DNA of 29,014 bases from Vulcanimicrobiota bacterium (GCA_003133025.1 PKZK01000187.1:58350-87363); one strand, 5' to 3'; counted from the stretch's first letter, positions 7,938 through 17,090 are shown. The notes: generated by a model from the sequence alone, not told the origin. A program made the numbers and translations.

Positions 7938-8999
7938 GTGAACCGTTTCTTCGACAGTCTCATCCAAGCCCGACGCGGCCTCGTCTTCGCACTTGCCGTA
8001 GCGGCCATCGTTGCGCTCACGATGCCTGACGGGCGCGCGAGCACGATTCGCACGCGTTTCGCTCCCCCGATTCCGAGGGTGCGCTCCTCGCCATTCGCCG
8101 CGGCGCGCGTCGGCGTGGCCGTGCCGGCGCGCGTGCCCGAAGCGTTTCCGTCGCCGGGAACGCTGCTCGTCGAGCAAAGTTTTGCCGACGACAAGACGCC
8201 GCCGAACGCGTTTCCGTACGTCGATCAAACGTGCTTGACCGCGGGCACGAAAGCGATCAAAACCTCCGTTCCGCCCTGCGGCAGTTTGGCGCCGCGGGAT
8301 CCCAACGGCTCGGGCGTTTTGGAAAACGTCAATCTCGACCACAACACGGCCAGTTGGGTGTCGTACGCAAAACCGTTCTCGACCGCACTCGGCATTCAAG
8401 TCAGTTTCACGATCTATTCCTGGGGCGGCAACGGCGCCGACGGCCAATTGCTCTTCTTCACCGACGCCTCGAAGGGGCCGCCGGAAAACGTCGGCCAGAG
8501 CGGCGGCGAGATGGGCTACACGGGCGGCGGCTCGGGCGGCCCGGCCGGACTCGACTATGCGTACCTGGGCATCGCCTTCGACGAGTACGGCGTCTTCAGC
8601 CTCGACTCGCCGGCGAGCGGCCTCAACGGCGGCCCGGGCCAGATTCCCGAAACGATCGCGGTGCGCGGCTCCGCCGGAACGGGCTACTATTATCTCGGCG
8701 GTGCGCTCAACGCCAATGGCCAGCCCGCGAGCCTGCCCTTCGACTGGAACGCCGTCGGCGCGGAAAAGCGCCCGGCAACCGGGCCGACCGTCTTCGTGAC
8801 GCTCACGCCAACCGGCTATCTGAGTTGTGCCGTCGACCTCCACGACGGCAACGGCTTCATCACGTATTACGCCCAAAGCATCGTCGGCGTACACGGCGAG
8901 CCCGCGGTGCCGGCGAGCGTCTACATCGGCGTCACCGGCTCCAACGGCAGCGCCGACGATCGCCATCAGATCGGCGACCTCTACATCTGGTCGATGTGA
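7938..8999 (+). CDS. Exported L-type (legume-like) lectin-domain protein
   Basis: AGGAGG RBS; N-terminal hydrophobic segment; motifs GGNGADG.LLFF, AYLGIAFDEYG and VYIGVTGSNG...H.I. Confidence 0.75.
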   Translation: MNRFFDSLIQARRGLVFALAVAAIVALTMPDGRASTIRTRFAPPIPRVRSSPFAAARVGVAVPARVPEAFPSPGTLLVEQSFADDKTPPNAFPYVDQTCLTAGTKAIKTSVPPCGSLAPRDPNGSGVLENVNLDHNTASWVSYAKPFSTALGIQVSFTIYSWGGNGADGQLLFFTDASKGPPENVGQSGGEMGYTGGGSGGPAGLDYAYLGIAFDEYGVFSLDSPASGLNGGPGQIPETIAVRGSAGTGYYYLGGALNANGQPASLPFDWNAVGAEKRPATGPTVFVTLTPTGYLSCAVDLHDGNGFITYYAQSIVGVHGEPAVPASVYIGVTGSNGSADDRHQIGDLYIWSM

Positions 9000-9000
9000 G

Positions 9001-9675
9001 CTAGGCCGCGTCGCTTTCGAAGGCGCGTAGCGACGCCGCGGCCGCGCGGGCCCGGCGTAGCTCCCCGCCCTCGATCGTGCGCGCAACGTAGGCCAGCGGA
9101 CCGCTCGCCGAGAGTCGCGCCCCGAACCTCCGCACGAGCCAAACGCCCGCGCCGAGAAAGGCCGCACCGAAGGCGAGATTCGACCACACGAACGGTGCGC
9201 CGAAGACAGCGTACGCGTCGACGCCGATCGCGCGCAAACCCACGATGAGCAGCGGCGTCCATGCCAATGGCGCGCTCAACAGGATCCAGCGCACCGAACG
9301 CAGGCGCACGATGCGCAGCGTCTCGAGCGTGCGCTGGATTTCGGCCACGGGCCCGCCGTAATCGACGCCGCCGATCAACGCGATCTGTGCGACGATTGCG
9401 GCCAGCGAGGCGATCGCGTATGCATCGAGCAGCACGCCCGGCACGAGAAACTTTACCCTAGCGACGTTTGCTGCGAGAAACGCACCCAGCGCGATCACCG
9501 CGACGAGGTCGATCGCCAGTTCCAGGATCAGCGCGGCGAGCAACGGTCGCAGCGCGGAGCGCGTGCGAGCGAGCACCGCATCCTGCAGCAGCGCGCGATT
9601 GAGCCGCAGGCTCTCCGCGAGCTTGCCGTCGTACTCCGCCCAAATCGTCTTGAACGCATCCAGATCCATAGCCAT
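9001..9675 (-). CDS. 4-TM membrane protein, putative anti-sigma factor
   Basis: Lies 9 nt downstream of the ECF sigma gene. MDLDAFKTIW N-terminus followed by four hydrophobic helices. Confidence 0.75.
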   Translation of the reverse strand: MAMDLDAFKTIWAEYDGKLAESLRLNRALLQDAVLARTRSALRPLLAALILELAIDLVAVIALGAFLAANVARVKFLVPGVLLDAYAIASLAAIVAQIALIGGVDYGGPVAEIQRTLETLRIVRLRSVRWILLSAPLAWTPLLIVGLRAIGVDAYAVFGAPFVWSNLAFGAAFLGAGVWLVRRFGARLSASGPLAYVARTIEGGELRRARAAAASLRAFESDAA

Positions 9676-9684
9676 GAGATCGCC

Positions 9685-10191
9685 TTACGTCTTTCCGGGC
9701 GCGCCGAGTTCGCGCCGCATGTTCTGCTTCAATCGGTTGAGCTTCGTGCCCACGTTGGTTTCGCTGATCCCGAGCACGTCGGCGATCTCGCGGTAACTGT
9801 GGCCGTCGAGATACAGCAAGACGAGCGCCTTATTCAGATCGTCGAGCGACTCGACGAATTGGCGCACGAGCAGAACCTCGAGAGGTGGCGAATCCTCACC
9901 GGCCAGCGTAGCCAGCAGCGGCTCTCCGTCCGGCACGAGCAGCCGCGTGCGGCTGCGCTCGCGCCGTTGAAACGAGAGCGCGACGTTGAGCGCCACGCGA
10001 TACATCCAGGTCGCAAAGGGCCGGCTCGCATCGTACGTCGGAAACGAGCGCCACAATTGCGCCACGATCTCCTGGGCCAGATCGTCGCGGTCGTCGCGGC
10101 CGGCGCAGTAGGCGTTGCACACTTTGTAGACGATTCGCTTGTGCGCGTCGACGAGGTTCGCGAAGCGCTCCTGACGCGACGCCGGGTTCAC
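9685..10191 (-). CDS. ECF RNA polymerase sigma-70 factor
   Basis: DDLAQEI...LWRSF...FATWMYRVALN (region 2) and LYLDGHSYREIADVLGISETNVGTKLNR (region 4). GTG at 10191 is preferred because GAGGA lies upstream. Confidence 0.92.
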   Translation of the reverse strand: MNPASRQERFANLVDAHKRIVYKVCNAYCAGRDDRDDLAQEIVAQLWRSFPTYDASRPFATWMYRVALNVALSFQRRERSRTRLLVPDGEPLLATLAGEDSPPLEVLLVRQFVESLDDLNKALVLLYLDGHSYREIADVLGISETNVGTKLNRLKQNMRRELGAPGKT

Positions 10192-10213
10192 GGACTGTTC
10201 ATCCTCACGAACC

Positions 10214-10244
10214 GTTATTCGCAACCCGGCGGAGAATCGTCACA
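10214..10244 (-). promoter_or_regulatory. Candidate autoregulatory ECF promoter
   Basis: Minus strand TGTGAC-N17-CGAATAAC directly upstream of the sigma gene. Confidence 0.5.
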
Positions 10245-10266
10245 CCCGCCCGCCCGAAAGGGCGAC

Positions 10267-10613
10267 TTACTGAACGCGGGTGACGGTGTAGCCGAGTTTG
10301 CTCAGGTCGTCGATCACGCTGCCCGGGCCGGCCAGATGCGCCATGCCCACCGCTACGAACGACGTCCCCGCCCCGTGCAGGCGCTCGTCGAGTTTCTTGG
10401 CCCACTTCGCATTGCGCTCGGTGAGCAGGAGGGCCGTCATCTCGGGGTCGTCCAGACGACGCCGGCCTTCATGAGATGCACGGTGCCGAAGAGATAGACG
10501 TTGGCCTTGGCTCCCTTGACGAGCCACAGCGCGGGGTCGGCGCCGGCTCTTCCGGGCGAGAGGCTCGCGGCGATGACCAGCATCGCCGCGAGCGCAATCG
10601 GCGCGAGCGTCAC
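10267..10613 (-). pseudogene. TraB/GumN-family gene with the central part missing, in two frames (10613-10437 and 10440-10267)
   Basis: The N-fragment has a signal peptide and PALWLV...VYLFGTVHLM. The C-fragment has LLTERNAKW...FVAVGMAHLAGPGSVIDDL...GYTVTRVQ. Confidence 0.8.
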
Positions 10614-10620
10614 CGCGAGC

Positions 10621-10974
10621 TCAGTGCGAGCCCATCATCGACTGCTTGAGCGATGCCTTGAACTGCGCTTGCTGATCGGGGCTGAGGATCCCGTAGATCT
10701 GCTTGATGAGCGCCTTTTGCTGCGTTTTCTTCGTCGCGTCATCGGCGTTGGCGGTCTGATTCTTGTAATTCTCGAGCATAGGCGCGATCTGGATTTTCTG
10801 GTGGCGGGTGAGGTTGACGCTCTTGAGGGCCGTCTTCACGGCATCCTTGGCTTCGGCTTGCATCGCCGAAGGCGACGCCTGGGCGACGACGACCGGCGTT
10901 GCCGACGCCGGCACGGGAAGAGCCGCGGGGGCCAAGAGTAATGCGGCAACGGCAACGAGCGGTAGTGACTTCAT
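10621..10974 (-). CDS. Secreted helical protein, Spy/CpxP (LTxxQ)-like
   Basis: GAGGAG RBS before ATG 10974; signal peptide; NLTRHQK and ILSPDQQAQF motifs. Confidence 0.7.
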   Translation of the reverse strand: MKSLPLVAVAALLLAPAALPVPASATPVVVAQASPSAMQAEAKDAVKTALKSVNLTRHQKIQIAPMLENYKNQTANADDATKKTQQKALIKQIYGILSPDQQAQFKASLKQSMMGSH

Positions 10975-11144
10975 GGTTCTCCTCGATTCGAAATGAAGCA
11001 AACGGCGCAATCACGCCGATGAATGGCACCGCTCGCTTCTGCGCGATGCGCCCCGTTTCCCAGGGTCGCAGGCGGGAAGCGGACCAGGCCGGGTCGTGCG
11101 TCGAACCTGTCGCGCTCGCACCCCTTTGCCGGCCCGGAGTCCGT

Positions 11145-12746
11145 TTGCCTCGGATCGACATCGTCGTTGCCCTACTGTTCGTTGCTATCCCTCTGGTCGC
11201 GCTAGCACTCAGGGCAAACGTTGCGTATCCGATCGTGCTGGTGCTCGGCGGCCTCATTCTCGGATTCATTCCGGGGCTGCCCGTGCCTCAGTTGCCGCCC
11301 GATGTGGTGCTGCTGGTCTTTCTTCCACCGCTGCTGTATTGGGAGGCGTTGACCGCGCCGGCCGGCGCGATTCGCGAAAACGCGGGACTCGTACGCACGC
11401 TCGTGATCGGGCTCGTGCTGCTGACCACGGCCGGCGTCGCCGCGGTCGCGCACGCTATCGTGCCCGGCATGCCCTGGGCTGCCGCATTCGTGCTGGGCGC
11501 CGTCGTCTCGCCGACCGACGCGGTCGCGTTTTCGCCCGTCGCCGAACGGCTCGGCGTGCCGCCGCGTCTGATCGCGATCGTGCAGGCCGAAGGCTTGCTC
11601 AACGACGCATCGGCGCTCGTGATCTATGCGAGCGCGGTCGCCGCCGTGGTGTCGGGCCAGTTCGTGCTCTGGCAAACCGCCCTGAGCTTCGTGATCTCGG
11701 TCGCCGGAGCGATCGCTCTGGGTCTGGCGATCGGGGTGATCGTCGGATCGATCTCGCGACGGATGTCCGACCCCGATCTCCAGACGGCGATCTCGATTTT
11801 GGCCCCCTTTCTGGGCTATCTGCCCGCGACGGCCGCGCACATCTCGGGCGTGCTCGCCGTCGTGACCACAGGACTCTACATGAACCGCTTCGCGCCCGAT
11901 GCGATGACGCCGCAAGCCCGCGTGCGCAGCACGGGCTTCTGGCGCACGGTCGCGTTCCTGATGAACGTGCTGATCTTCCTGATCGTCGGACTCCAGCTTC
12001 ACGGCGTGCTCGGCGCGCTGGCGGGCTATTCGCGGCTGCGGCTCGTCGAAATGGCGCTCGCCGTCAGCGCGGCGGTGATCGCCATTCGCTTCGTTTGGAT
12101 CTTCGGACAGCGCTACGTCGTTCGCTTACCCTATCGCATTGCCGGCGACGGGGAGGCCGAGTGGAAGTATCGGCTGATCGTTTCGTGGTCGGGCTTCCGC
12201 GGCGGCGTCTCGCTCGCGGCCGCGCTCGCCATCCCCAATCTGATCGACGACGGCAGCGCATTTCCGCAGCGGGGCATCATCGTCTTCTTGACCTTCGGCG
12301 TCATTTTGGTGACGCTCGTGGGCCAAGGCCTCACTTTGCCCTGGCTGATGCGCGGCCTGCGTCTCTCCACGGGCGATGAAGACGAGAAACAGATCCAACT
12401 GACCATTCGCGCCCTCTCGGATGTCGCACTCGATCGCTTGCGCGTATTGGAACACGAGCGCGACATCGGCCCCGAGGCCGTGAAGCTCCTGCGACAACGC
12501 TACCAATATCGGCGAGCGCGTTACGACGCCGGCATCTCGGGGGATGTCGCGACCGATGAACTGCGCGGTTACGAGGAAGCGGGTCAGGAATTGATCGCCG
12601 CGCAACGCCGGGAACTGCTGGCGCTGCACCGGCGAAATACGATCGACAGCACCACGATGCAGCACGTCGAGACGGCACTCGACCTAGAGGAACTCTATAT
12701 CGAGCGCTTAGTCTTGGCTGACGTCTCCCGATCCGGTGATGCGTGA
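11145..12746 (+). CDS. CPA1-family Na+(K+)/H+ antiporter
   Basis: TTG at 11145 after GGAG; FLPPLLY, SPTDAVA, EGLLNDA, SGVLAVV and GFRGGVSLAAAL motifs; cytoplasmic tail. Confidence 0.93.
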   Translation: MPRIDIVVALLFVAIPLVALALRANVAYPIVLVLGGLILGFIPGLPVPQLPPDVVLLVFLPPLLYWEALTAPAGAIRENAGLVRTLVIGLVLLTTAGVAAVAHAIVPGMPWAAAFVLGAVVSPTDAVAFSPVAERLGVPPRLIAIVQAEGLLNDASALVIYASAVAAVVSGQFVLWQTALSFVISVAGAIALGLAIGVIVGSISRRMSDPDLQTAISILAPFLGYLPATAAHISGVLAVVTTGLYMNRFAPDAMTPQARVRSTGFWRTVAFLMNVLIFLIVGLQLHGVLGALAGYSRLRLVEMALAVSAAVIAIRFVWIFGQRYVVRLPYRIAGDGEAEWKYRLIVSWSGFRGGVSLAAALAIPNLIDDGSAFPQRGIIVFLTFGVILVTLVGQGLTLPWLMRGLRLSTGDEDEKQIQLTIRALSDVALDRLRVLEHERDIGPEAVKLLRQRYQYRRARYDAGISGDVATDELRGYEEAGQELIAAQRRELLALHRRNTIDSTTMQHVETALDLEELYIERLVLADVSRSGDA

Positions 12747-13421
12747 GGAGACGCGCGGCGAACCACTGTAGCGCACGTCGCCGCTCCCGAAGGTCTCCAC
12801 GTCGAGCGTCCGGCTCGCGCTGACGTGCGCGTCGCCGCTGCCGTGCAGCTTGATGACGGCATCCGCAGCCTCGAGGTCCTCGAGCGAACCGTCGCCCGAG
12901 CCGTGGCTCGTGAAGGTCAAACGCTCGACCTTGCCCGAGGCCTTGAAGTCGCCCGACCCATAACTGTTCAATTCCAGATTACCGCCGTCGAGGCCGGCGA
13001 TGGTCGCGTCGCCGCTGCCCTGCAAATTGACGGCGTCGAGCTTGGGCACCGTGACCTTGACCTTCACGTCGCCGGAGGTCCAGCTCCACATCGAATCGCG
13101 CTGCGAGACGACCAACTCGTCGCCGCTGACGCTGGTCTCGACCTTACGCACCGCGTCGTCGTCGCCGATGACTTCGACGCTCTGTTCCGGTCCGATCGTG
13201 ATCTCGAGGTCGACGCTGCCGTTATCGCTGATGCGCGTGAAGCTGCCGACTTCCCGATTGCGGGTCGCGGGTTCGTGCGACGTCTCGCGCTCGGCCGTCG
13301 CCGCCGACGCGCCGTCGCCCGGCATGCGGCCCCAGTGACTGAAGGCCACTTCCAGACTCCCGAACCAGAGGCAGACGAGCAGGCCCAGTCCGGCCCAAAA
13401 GAGCGTACGCGGGAGACTCAT
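12708..13421 (-). CDS. DUF2807 / GIN-domain (adhesin-head-like beta-solenoid) protein
   Basis: N-terminal TM/signal segment and repeated GSGD motifs, ending GSGDVRYSGSP...GSGDV. Confidence 0.85.
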   Translation of the reverse strand: MSLPRTLFWAGLGLLVCLWFGSLEVAFSHWGRMPGDGASAATAERETSHEPATRNREVGSFTRISDNGSVDLEITIGPEQSVEVIGDDDAVRKVETSVSGDELVVSQRDSMWSWTSGDVKVKVTVPKLDAVNLQGSGDATIAGLDGGNLELNSYGSGDFKASGKVERLTFTSHGSGDGSLEDLEAADAVIKLHGSGDAHVSASRTLDVETFGSGDVRYSGSPRVSSRITGSGDVSQD

Positions 13422-13429
13422 GCCCCGAC

Positions 13430-14479
13430 TTACCCGCCGGACGGGGCCATTGTTTCGCGGGCGGTAGCGGCGGCCGCGGCGCCGTCGGCCAGGCCCATGG
13501 CGAAGGTCCGGTCGATCGCGTCCTGGTCTTCGAAGTCGAGCGCCCTGATCTGCAGCGGCGAACTCGGCCCGATGATGCGCACGTCGATGTACCGCTTCTC
13601 GGGCGCGAGGCCGCCCATCACTTCCTCGTTGACCCGGCGCAGCAATTTCAGGTCCAAATCCAAGATGCGCCGCTGTACGACGCTATTGCTCATGAACGCG
13701 ATGTCGGCCATGGTGCGAATATCGTGCGCTTCGGTGTCGAGACCGTCGCGGTCCATGAAGACGATCGTCACGTGATCGGCTCCCGCGTCGATCGCTTGCC
13801 GGATCGGCGTGTTGTTGGTCAATGCGCCGTCGGCATACGCGCAAAGCTTGCCCGCGCCGTCGTCGATCCACACCGGCTCGAAGGCCGGCGGAATCGCAGC
13901 CGAAGCGCAAACGGCATGCACGAAGTTCGTCTCGTCGAGCGCGATCGCGCAGTGTTCCGAGGCGATGAAGGCCGCCGCTCGCGTACCATCGTCACCCGGA
14001 AAGGCAAAGAACGCAGCGGGCGAGCCGCGGCTCAAATTGGTCACGCCGAGAATCAAGCCGCTACGCAGTCTTTTCACGTCGGCATGCGAGCGAACCATCT
14101 CGCGCAGCGGATCCCACGGGAAGAGGCTGAGCACGCGCGGCAAACCGCGCGCGCGGCCCACGTGCCGCAGTTCGGCGATCATGGTGAGTAGCGGCCGGAC
14201 CTTTTGCGCGATGGGCAGATGGGTGATCTGCCCGGCTCGGGCCGCGATCCGGTAGAGCACGTCGATCTCGGGACGCAGCGTGGTGATGCCGGCCATCGCG
14301 ACCTTGCTCCACAGGTCGCGTAACTGTTCGCGCTCGCCTTGGGCGACCAGCGTGCCGTTGAGCGCGCCGACCGACGTGCCGCAGACGAGGTCGAACGTCT
14401 CGCTCTCCAAGAGCGCGTACGAAACGCCGGCCTCGTAGGCGCCGAGAGCCGCGCCGCCGCTCAGAACCAGCGCGCGCAT
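13430..14479 (-). CDS. Patatin-like phospholipase
   Basis: LVLSGGAALGAYEAG, GTSVG nucleophile elbow, ASAAIPPAF and DGA motifs. Confidence 0.9.
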   Translation of the reverse strand: MRALVLSGGAALGAYEAGVSYALLESETFDLVCGTSVGALNGTLVAQGEREQLRDLWSKVAMAGITTLRPEIDVLYRIAARAGQITHLPIAQKVRPLLTMIAELRHVGRARGLPRVLSLFPWDPLREMVRSHADVKRLRSGLILGVTNLSRGSPAAFFAFPGDDGTRAAAFIASEHCAIALDETNFVHAVCASAAIPPAFEPVWIDDGAGKLCAYADGALTNNTPIRQAIDAGADHVTIVFMDRDGLDTEAHDIRTMADIAFMSNSVVQRRILDLDLKLLRRVNEEVMGGLAPEKRYIDVRIIGPSSPLQIRALDFEDQDAIDRTFAMGLADGAAAAATARETMAPSGG

Positions 14480-14561
14480 CGTGCCCCTCCGATCGAGTCG
14501 AGCATGCGCTTCGATACGTTCGCCGGGCGGCCTGTCCTCCCCGAAGCGCCAAGAAGCGGGG

Positions 14562-15107
14562 ATGGAAACCTACGTGGCGCTCCTGCGCGCCGTAAACGTC
14601 AGCGGCACGAAGCGGGTGACCGCGGCCGACCTGCGCGACTTCATCACGGCCTTGGGTTTCCGTGACGGCCGAGCCTTGCTACACAGCGGAAACCTGATCT
14701 TTCGCGCCCCGGCGCAGGCTCCGGCCACGATCGAGCAGCGGCTCGAACGCGAGGCCGCGGCGCGTTTGGGCTTGCAGACCGACATTTTCGTACGCACCGC
14801 CGGCGACCTCGAGGCGCTCGTCGCGCGCAATCCCTTCACCGGTGAAGCGGCGAACGATCCGGCGCACCTCGTCGTGGCGTTCTTGCGCGACGCGCCCGGG
14901 GCGGCTGCGGAGCGAGCGCTGCAGGCGAAGATCGCCGGACGCGAAGCCGTGCGCTGCGACGGGCGCCATGCCTACGTCACCTATCCCGACGGCATCGGCG
15001 AATCCAAGCTGACCAACGCCGTCATCGAGAAGGCCCTGGGCACCCGCGGCACCGCCCGCAACTGGAACACCGTGGGCAAGTTGCTCGCGGCCGCGCGTTC
15101 GAGTTAG
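14562..15107 (+). CDS. DUF1697 family protein
   Basis: YVALLRAVNVSG...SGNLIF...TARNWNTV; ATG at 14562. Confidence 0.9.
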   Translation: METYVALLRAVNVSGTKRVTAADLRDFITALGFRDGRALLHSGNLIFRAPAQAPATIEQRLEREAAARLGLQTDIFVRTAGDLEALVARNPFTGEAANDPAHLVVAFLRDAPGAAAERALQAKIAGREAVRCDGRHAYVTYPDGIGESKLTNAVIEKALGTRGTARNWNTVGKLLAAARSS

Positions 15108-15136
15108 GCCTGCCCGTCCCGGGGTACACGCCGGTC

Positions 15137-16045
15137 ATGGACATTCCAAAGCGCCGCCTCGGGCGTACGGACCAACAGGTCTCCATCATCGGCATGGGCG
15201 GCTTTCACATCGGGCATCCCGACACGCCCGACGCCGATGCGATCGAGCTGATCCATTCGGCGATCGATCGCGGCATCACGTTCCTGGACAACTGCTGGGA
15301 TTACAATAGCGGCTTGAGTGAGATCCGCATGGGCCGGGCGCTCTGCACCGACGGTTATCGCGACCGCGTGTTCTTGATGACCAAGCTCGACGGCCGCACC
15401 AAGGCCTCGTTCGACGAACAGTTGGAACAGTCGCTGGCGCGACTGCTGACCGATCGCATCGACCTCGTGCAGTTCCACGAAGTGATCCGGCCCGACGATG
15501 CGGACCGCATCTTCGCCGAGGGCGGCGCGATCGAAGCGGCGCTCGCGGCGCAGAAGGCGGGCAAGGTCCGCTTCATCGGCTTCACCGGGCATAAGACGCC
15601 TACATACCATCTGCACACGATCGAGACCGCGCGCAAGTACGGCTTCACCTTCGACACCGTGCAGATGCCGGTCAACGTCTTCGACGCGCACTACGACAGC
15701 TTCGCAGAACGCGTAATTCCGGTCGCCCGAGAGCTGGACATGGGCATCTTGGCCATGAAGACGTTCGGCGACCGCAATCTGCTCGAAGCCGGCGTGGTGG
15801 ATCCGATCGACATGCTCCACTACGGTCTGGATCAGCCCGTCAGCGTCGTCATCACCGGCATCGACAAACCCGACATTCTCGATCAAGCCGTCAAAGCCGC
15901 GACGACGTATGAGCCGCTCAGCGACGCCAAGCGCGCCGCGATCCTGGCCGCATCGGCCCCGCTCGCCCGCGACGGAAAGCTCGAACGGTACAAGACGTCG
16001 CGCTTCTTCGACGGAACCGTCCAGAACCCGCAGTGGCTCGGCTAA
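15137..16045 (+). CDS. Aldo/keto reductase
   Basis: RRLGRT...IGMGG, GITFLDNCWDY, FLMTK, IDLVQFH and GKVRFIGFTGH motifs. Confidence 0.93.
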   Translation: MDIPKRRLGRTDQQVSIIGMGGFHIGHPDTPDADAIELIHSAIDRGITFLDNCWDYNSGLSEIRMGRALCTDGYRDRVFLMTKLDGRTKASFDEQLEQSLARLLTDRIDLVQFHEVIRPDDADRIFAEGGAIEAALAAQKAGKVRFIGFTGHKTPTYHLHTIETARKYGFTFDTVQMPVNVFDAHYDSFAERVIPVARELDMGILAMKTFGDRNLLEAGVVDPIDMLHYGLDQPVSVVITGIDKPDILDQAVKAATTYEPLSDAKRAAILAASAPLARDGKLERYKTSRFFDGTVQNPQWLG

Positions 16046-16071
16046 CGCGCGCCTAGCCGGTCGCTTCCGCG

Positions 16072-16620
16072 TCAACCACGGCGCGCTCTGAAGGCGGCCA
16101 CCTTGGCCGCGTTCCCGCACGCCTCCATGCTGCACCAGCGCCGCCGCGGACCGCGCGGATTGCTCAGCAGCAAACCGCCGCAGCCGGCGAGTTCGCAGCG
16201 CATCAGGCGCTCGCGACGGTGCGCGAAGAGATCGATCGCGTCGACCGCGACGCGGCCGAGGGCGGCACGCACGCGTTCAGTGCCGCGCCAACCGGCGCTC
16301 AGCGTCCGCGCCTCGAGCATCGGCACGAGCGTCGCGCTCCAGCGCGCGGCGGCGTTGATCTGGCGAATGTCGCTTGCCGCCGGCGTGCCGCCGTCGAGGA
16401 GCGCGAGCGCAACGCGCGCCATGGCCTCGCGCAATGCTTTCGCGTCGTTCAATTCGTCCGCGCTGACGCGCGGCAGCGTGTCGGCCAGTCCGGCTTCGCG
16501 CAGCCAGATGCCGAGCGAACGCGCGTCGGGCAGACGCTCCTCGCACGACGACGCGCGCCGGCCGACCGTGCCGATGAAATCGAGCGCCGGCGAGCCCCGA
16601 TGAAAACTGAACTGCGCCAT
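16072..16620 (-). CDS. ABATE / CGNR zinc-finger putative transcriptional regulator
   Basis: ALDFIGT N-terminal motif; C-x4-C...RRWCSMEACGNAAKVAAFR. Confidence 0.88.
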   Translation of the reverse strand: MAQFSFHRGSPALDFIGTVGRRASSCEERLPDARSLGIWLREAGLADTLPRVSADELNDAKALREAMARVALALLDGGTPAASDIRQINAAARWSATLVPMLEARTLSAGWRGTERVRAALGRVAVDAIDLFAHRRERLMRCELAGCGGLLLSNPRGPRRRWCSMEACGNAAKVAAFRARRG

Positions 16621-16640
16621 CGCAGGCCCATGTTAAGCGG

Positions 16641-16670
16641 CTTGACGTAACCTGTCAAGACGGTTACACT
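16641..16670 (+). promoter_or_regulatory. Sigma-70 promoter of the tautomerase gene overlapped by an inverted-repeat operator
   Basis: TTGACG (16642-47)-N17-TACACT (16665-70); GTAACC-N9-GGTTAC (16647-67); CTTGAC-N7-GTCAAG (16641-59). Confidence 0.7.
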
Positions 16671-16679
16671 GCGCCTATC

Positions 16680-17057
16680 ATGCCGCTCGTACGAATTTCC
16701 GGTGCCTACGCTCCCTCGGCGCTACGCGCGCTCGGCGACGTCGTGCACGACGCGCTCGTCTCCACCGTGGGCATCCCGCCCGCAGACCGTTTCCAAGTAC
16801 TCGATAGCCTCCCGGCAGACGGCATCAATGCCGACCCGGCCTATCTCGACATCGCCCGCGAGCGCCCGGTGTTCGTCGAGGTCACGCTACGCGCCGGACG
16901 CAGCCAAGAGATCAAGCGCGCCTTCTACCGCGCCGTCGCCGACGGCGCCCAAGAGAGGGCCGGCATACGCCGCGAGGATATCCTCATAACGCTGCACGAG
17001 AACGCCGCGGGCGACTGGTCGTTCGGCAACGGCGTCGCCCAATACGATCCCGGCTAG
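16680..17057 (+). CDS. Tautomerase superfamily protein (MSAD-like)
   Basis: Catalytic Pro-1 (MPLVRI); DRFQ, GRSQEIKRAFY and WSFGNGVAQY motifs. Confidence 0.9.
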   Translation: MPLVRISGAYAPSALRALGDVVHDALVSTVGIPPADRFQVLDSLPADGINADPAYLDIARERPVFVEVTLRAGRSQEIKRAFYRAVADGAQERAGIRREDILITLHENAAGDWSFGNGVAQYDPG

Positions 17058-17090
17058 CGAGTGCGCAAACGGCCCAAGCCCTACAGGCTC

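Noticed and set aside
10899..11144. Extended N-termini in the track for the antiporter (also MarR from 17421, MFS from 18347, BON from 18311)
   Set aside because: They overlap neighbouring genes, and family homology begins at downstream starts supported by an RBS, a stop-start overlap or the first family motif.
13430..14479. Patatin as a CBASS CapV-type effector
   Set aside because: There is no nucleotidyltransferase or other CBASS gene nearby; the neighbours are housekeeping-type genes.
14506..14549. 8-bp inverted repeat GCGCTTCG/CGAAGCGC between the patatin and DUF1697 genes
   Set aside because: It is short and GC-rich with a 28-nt spacer, so it is plausible by chance.
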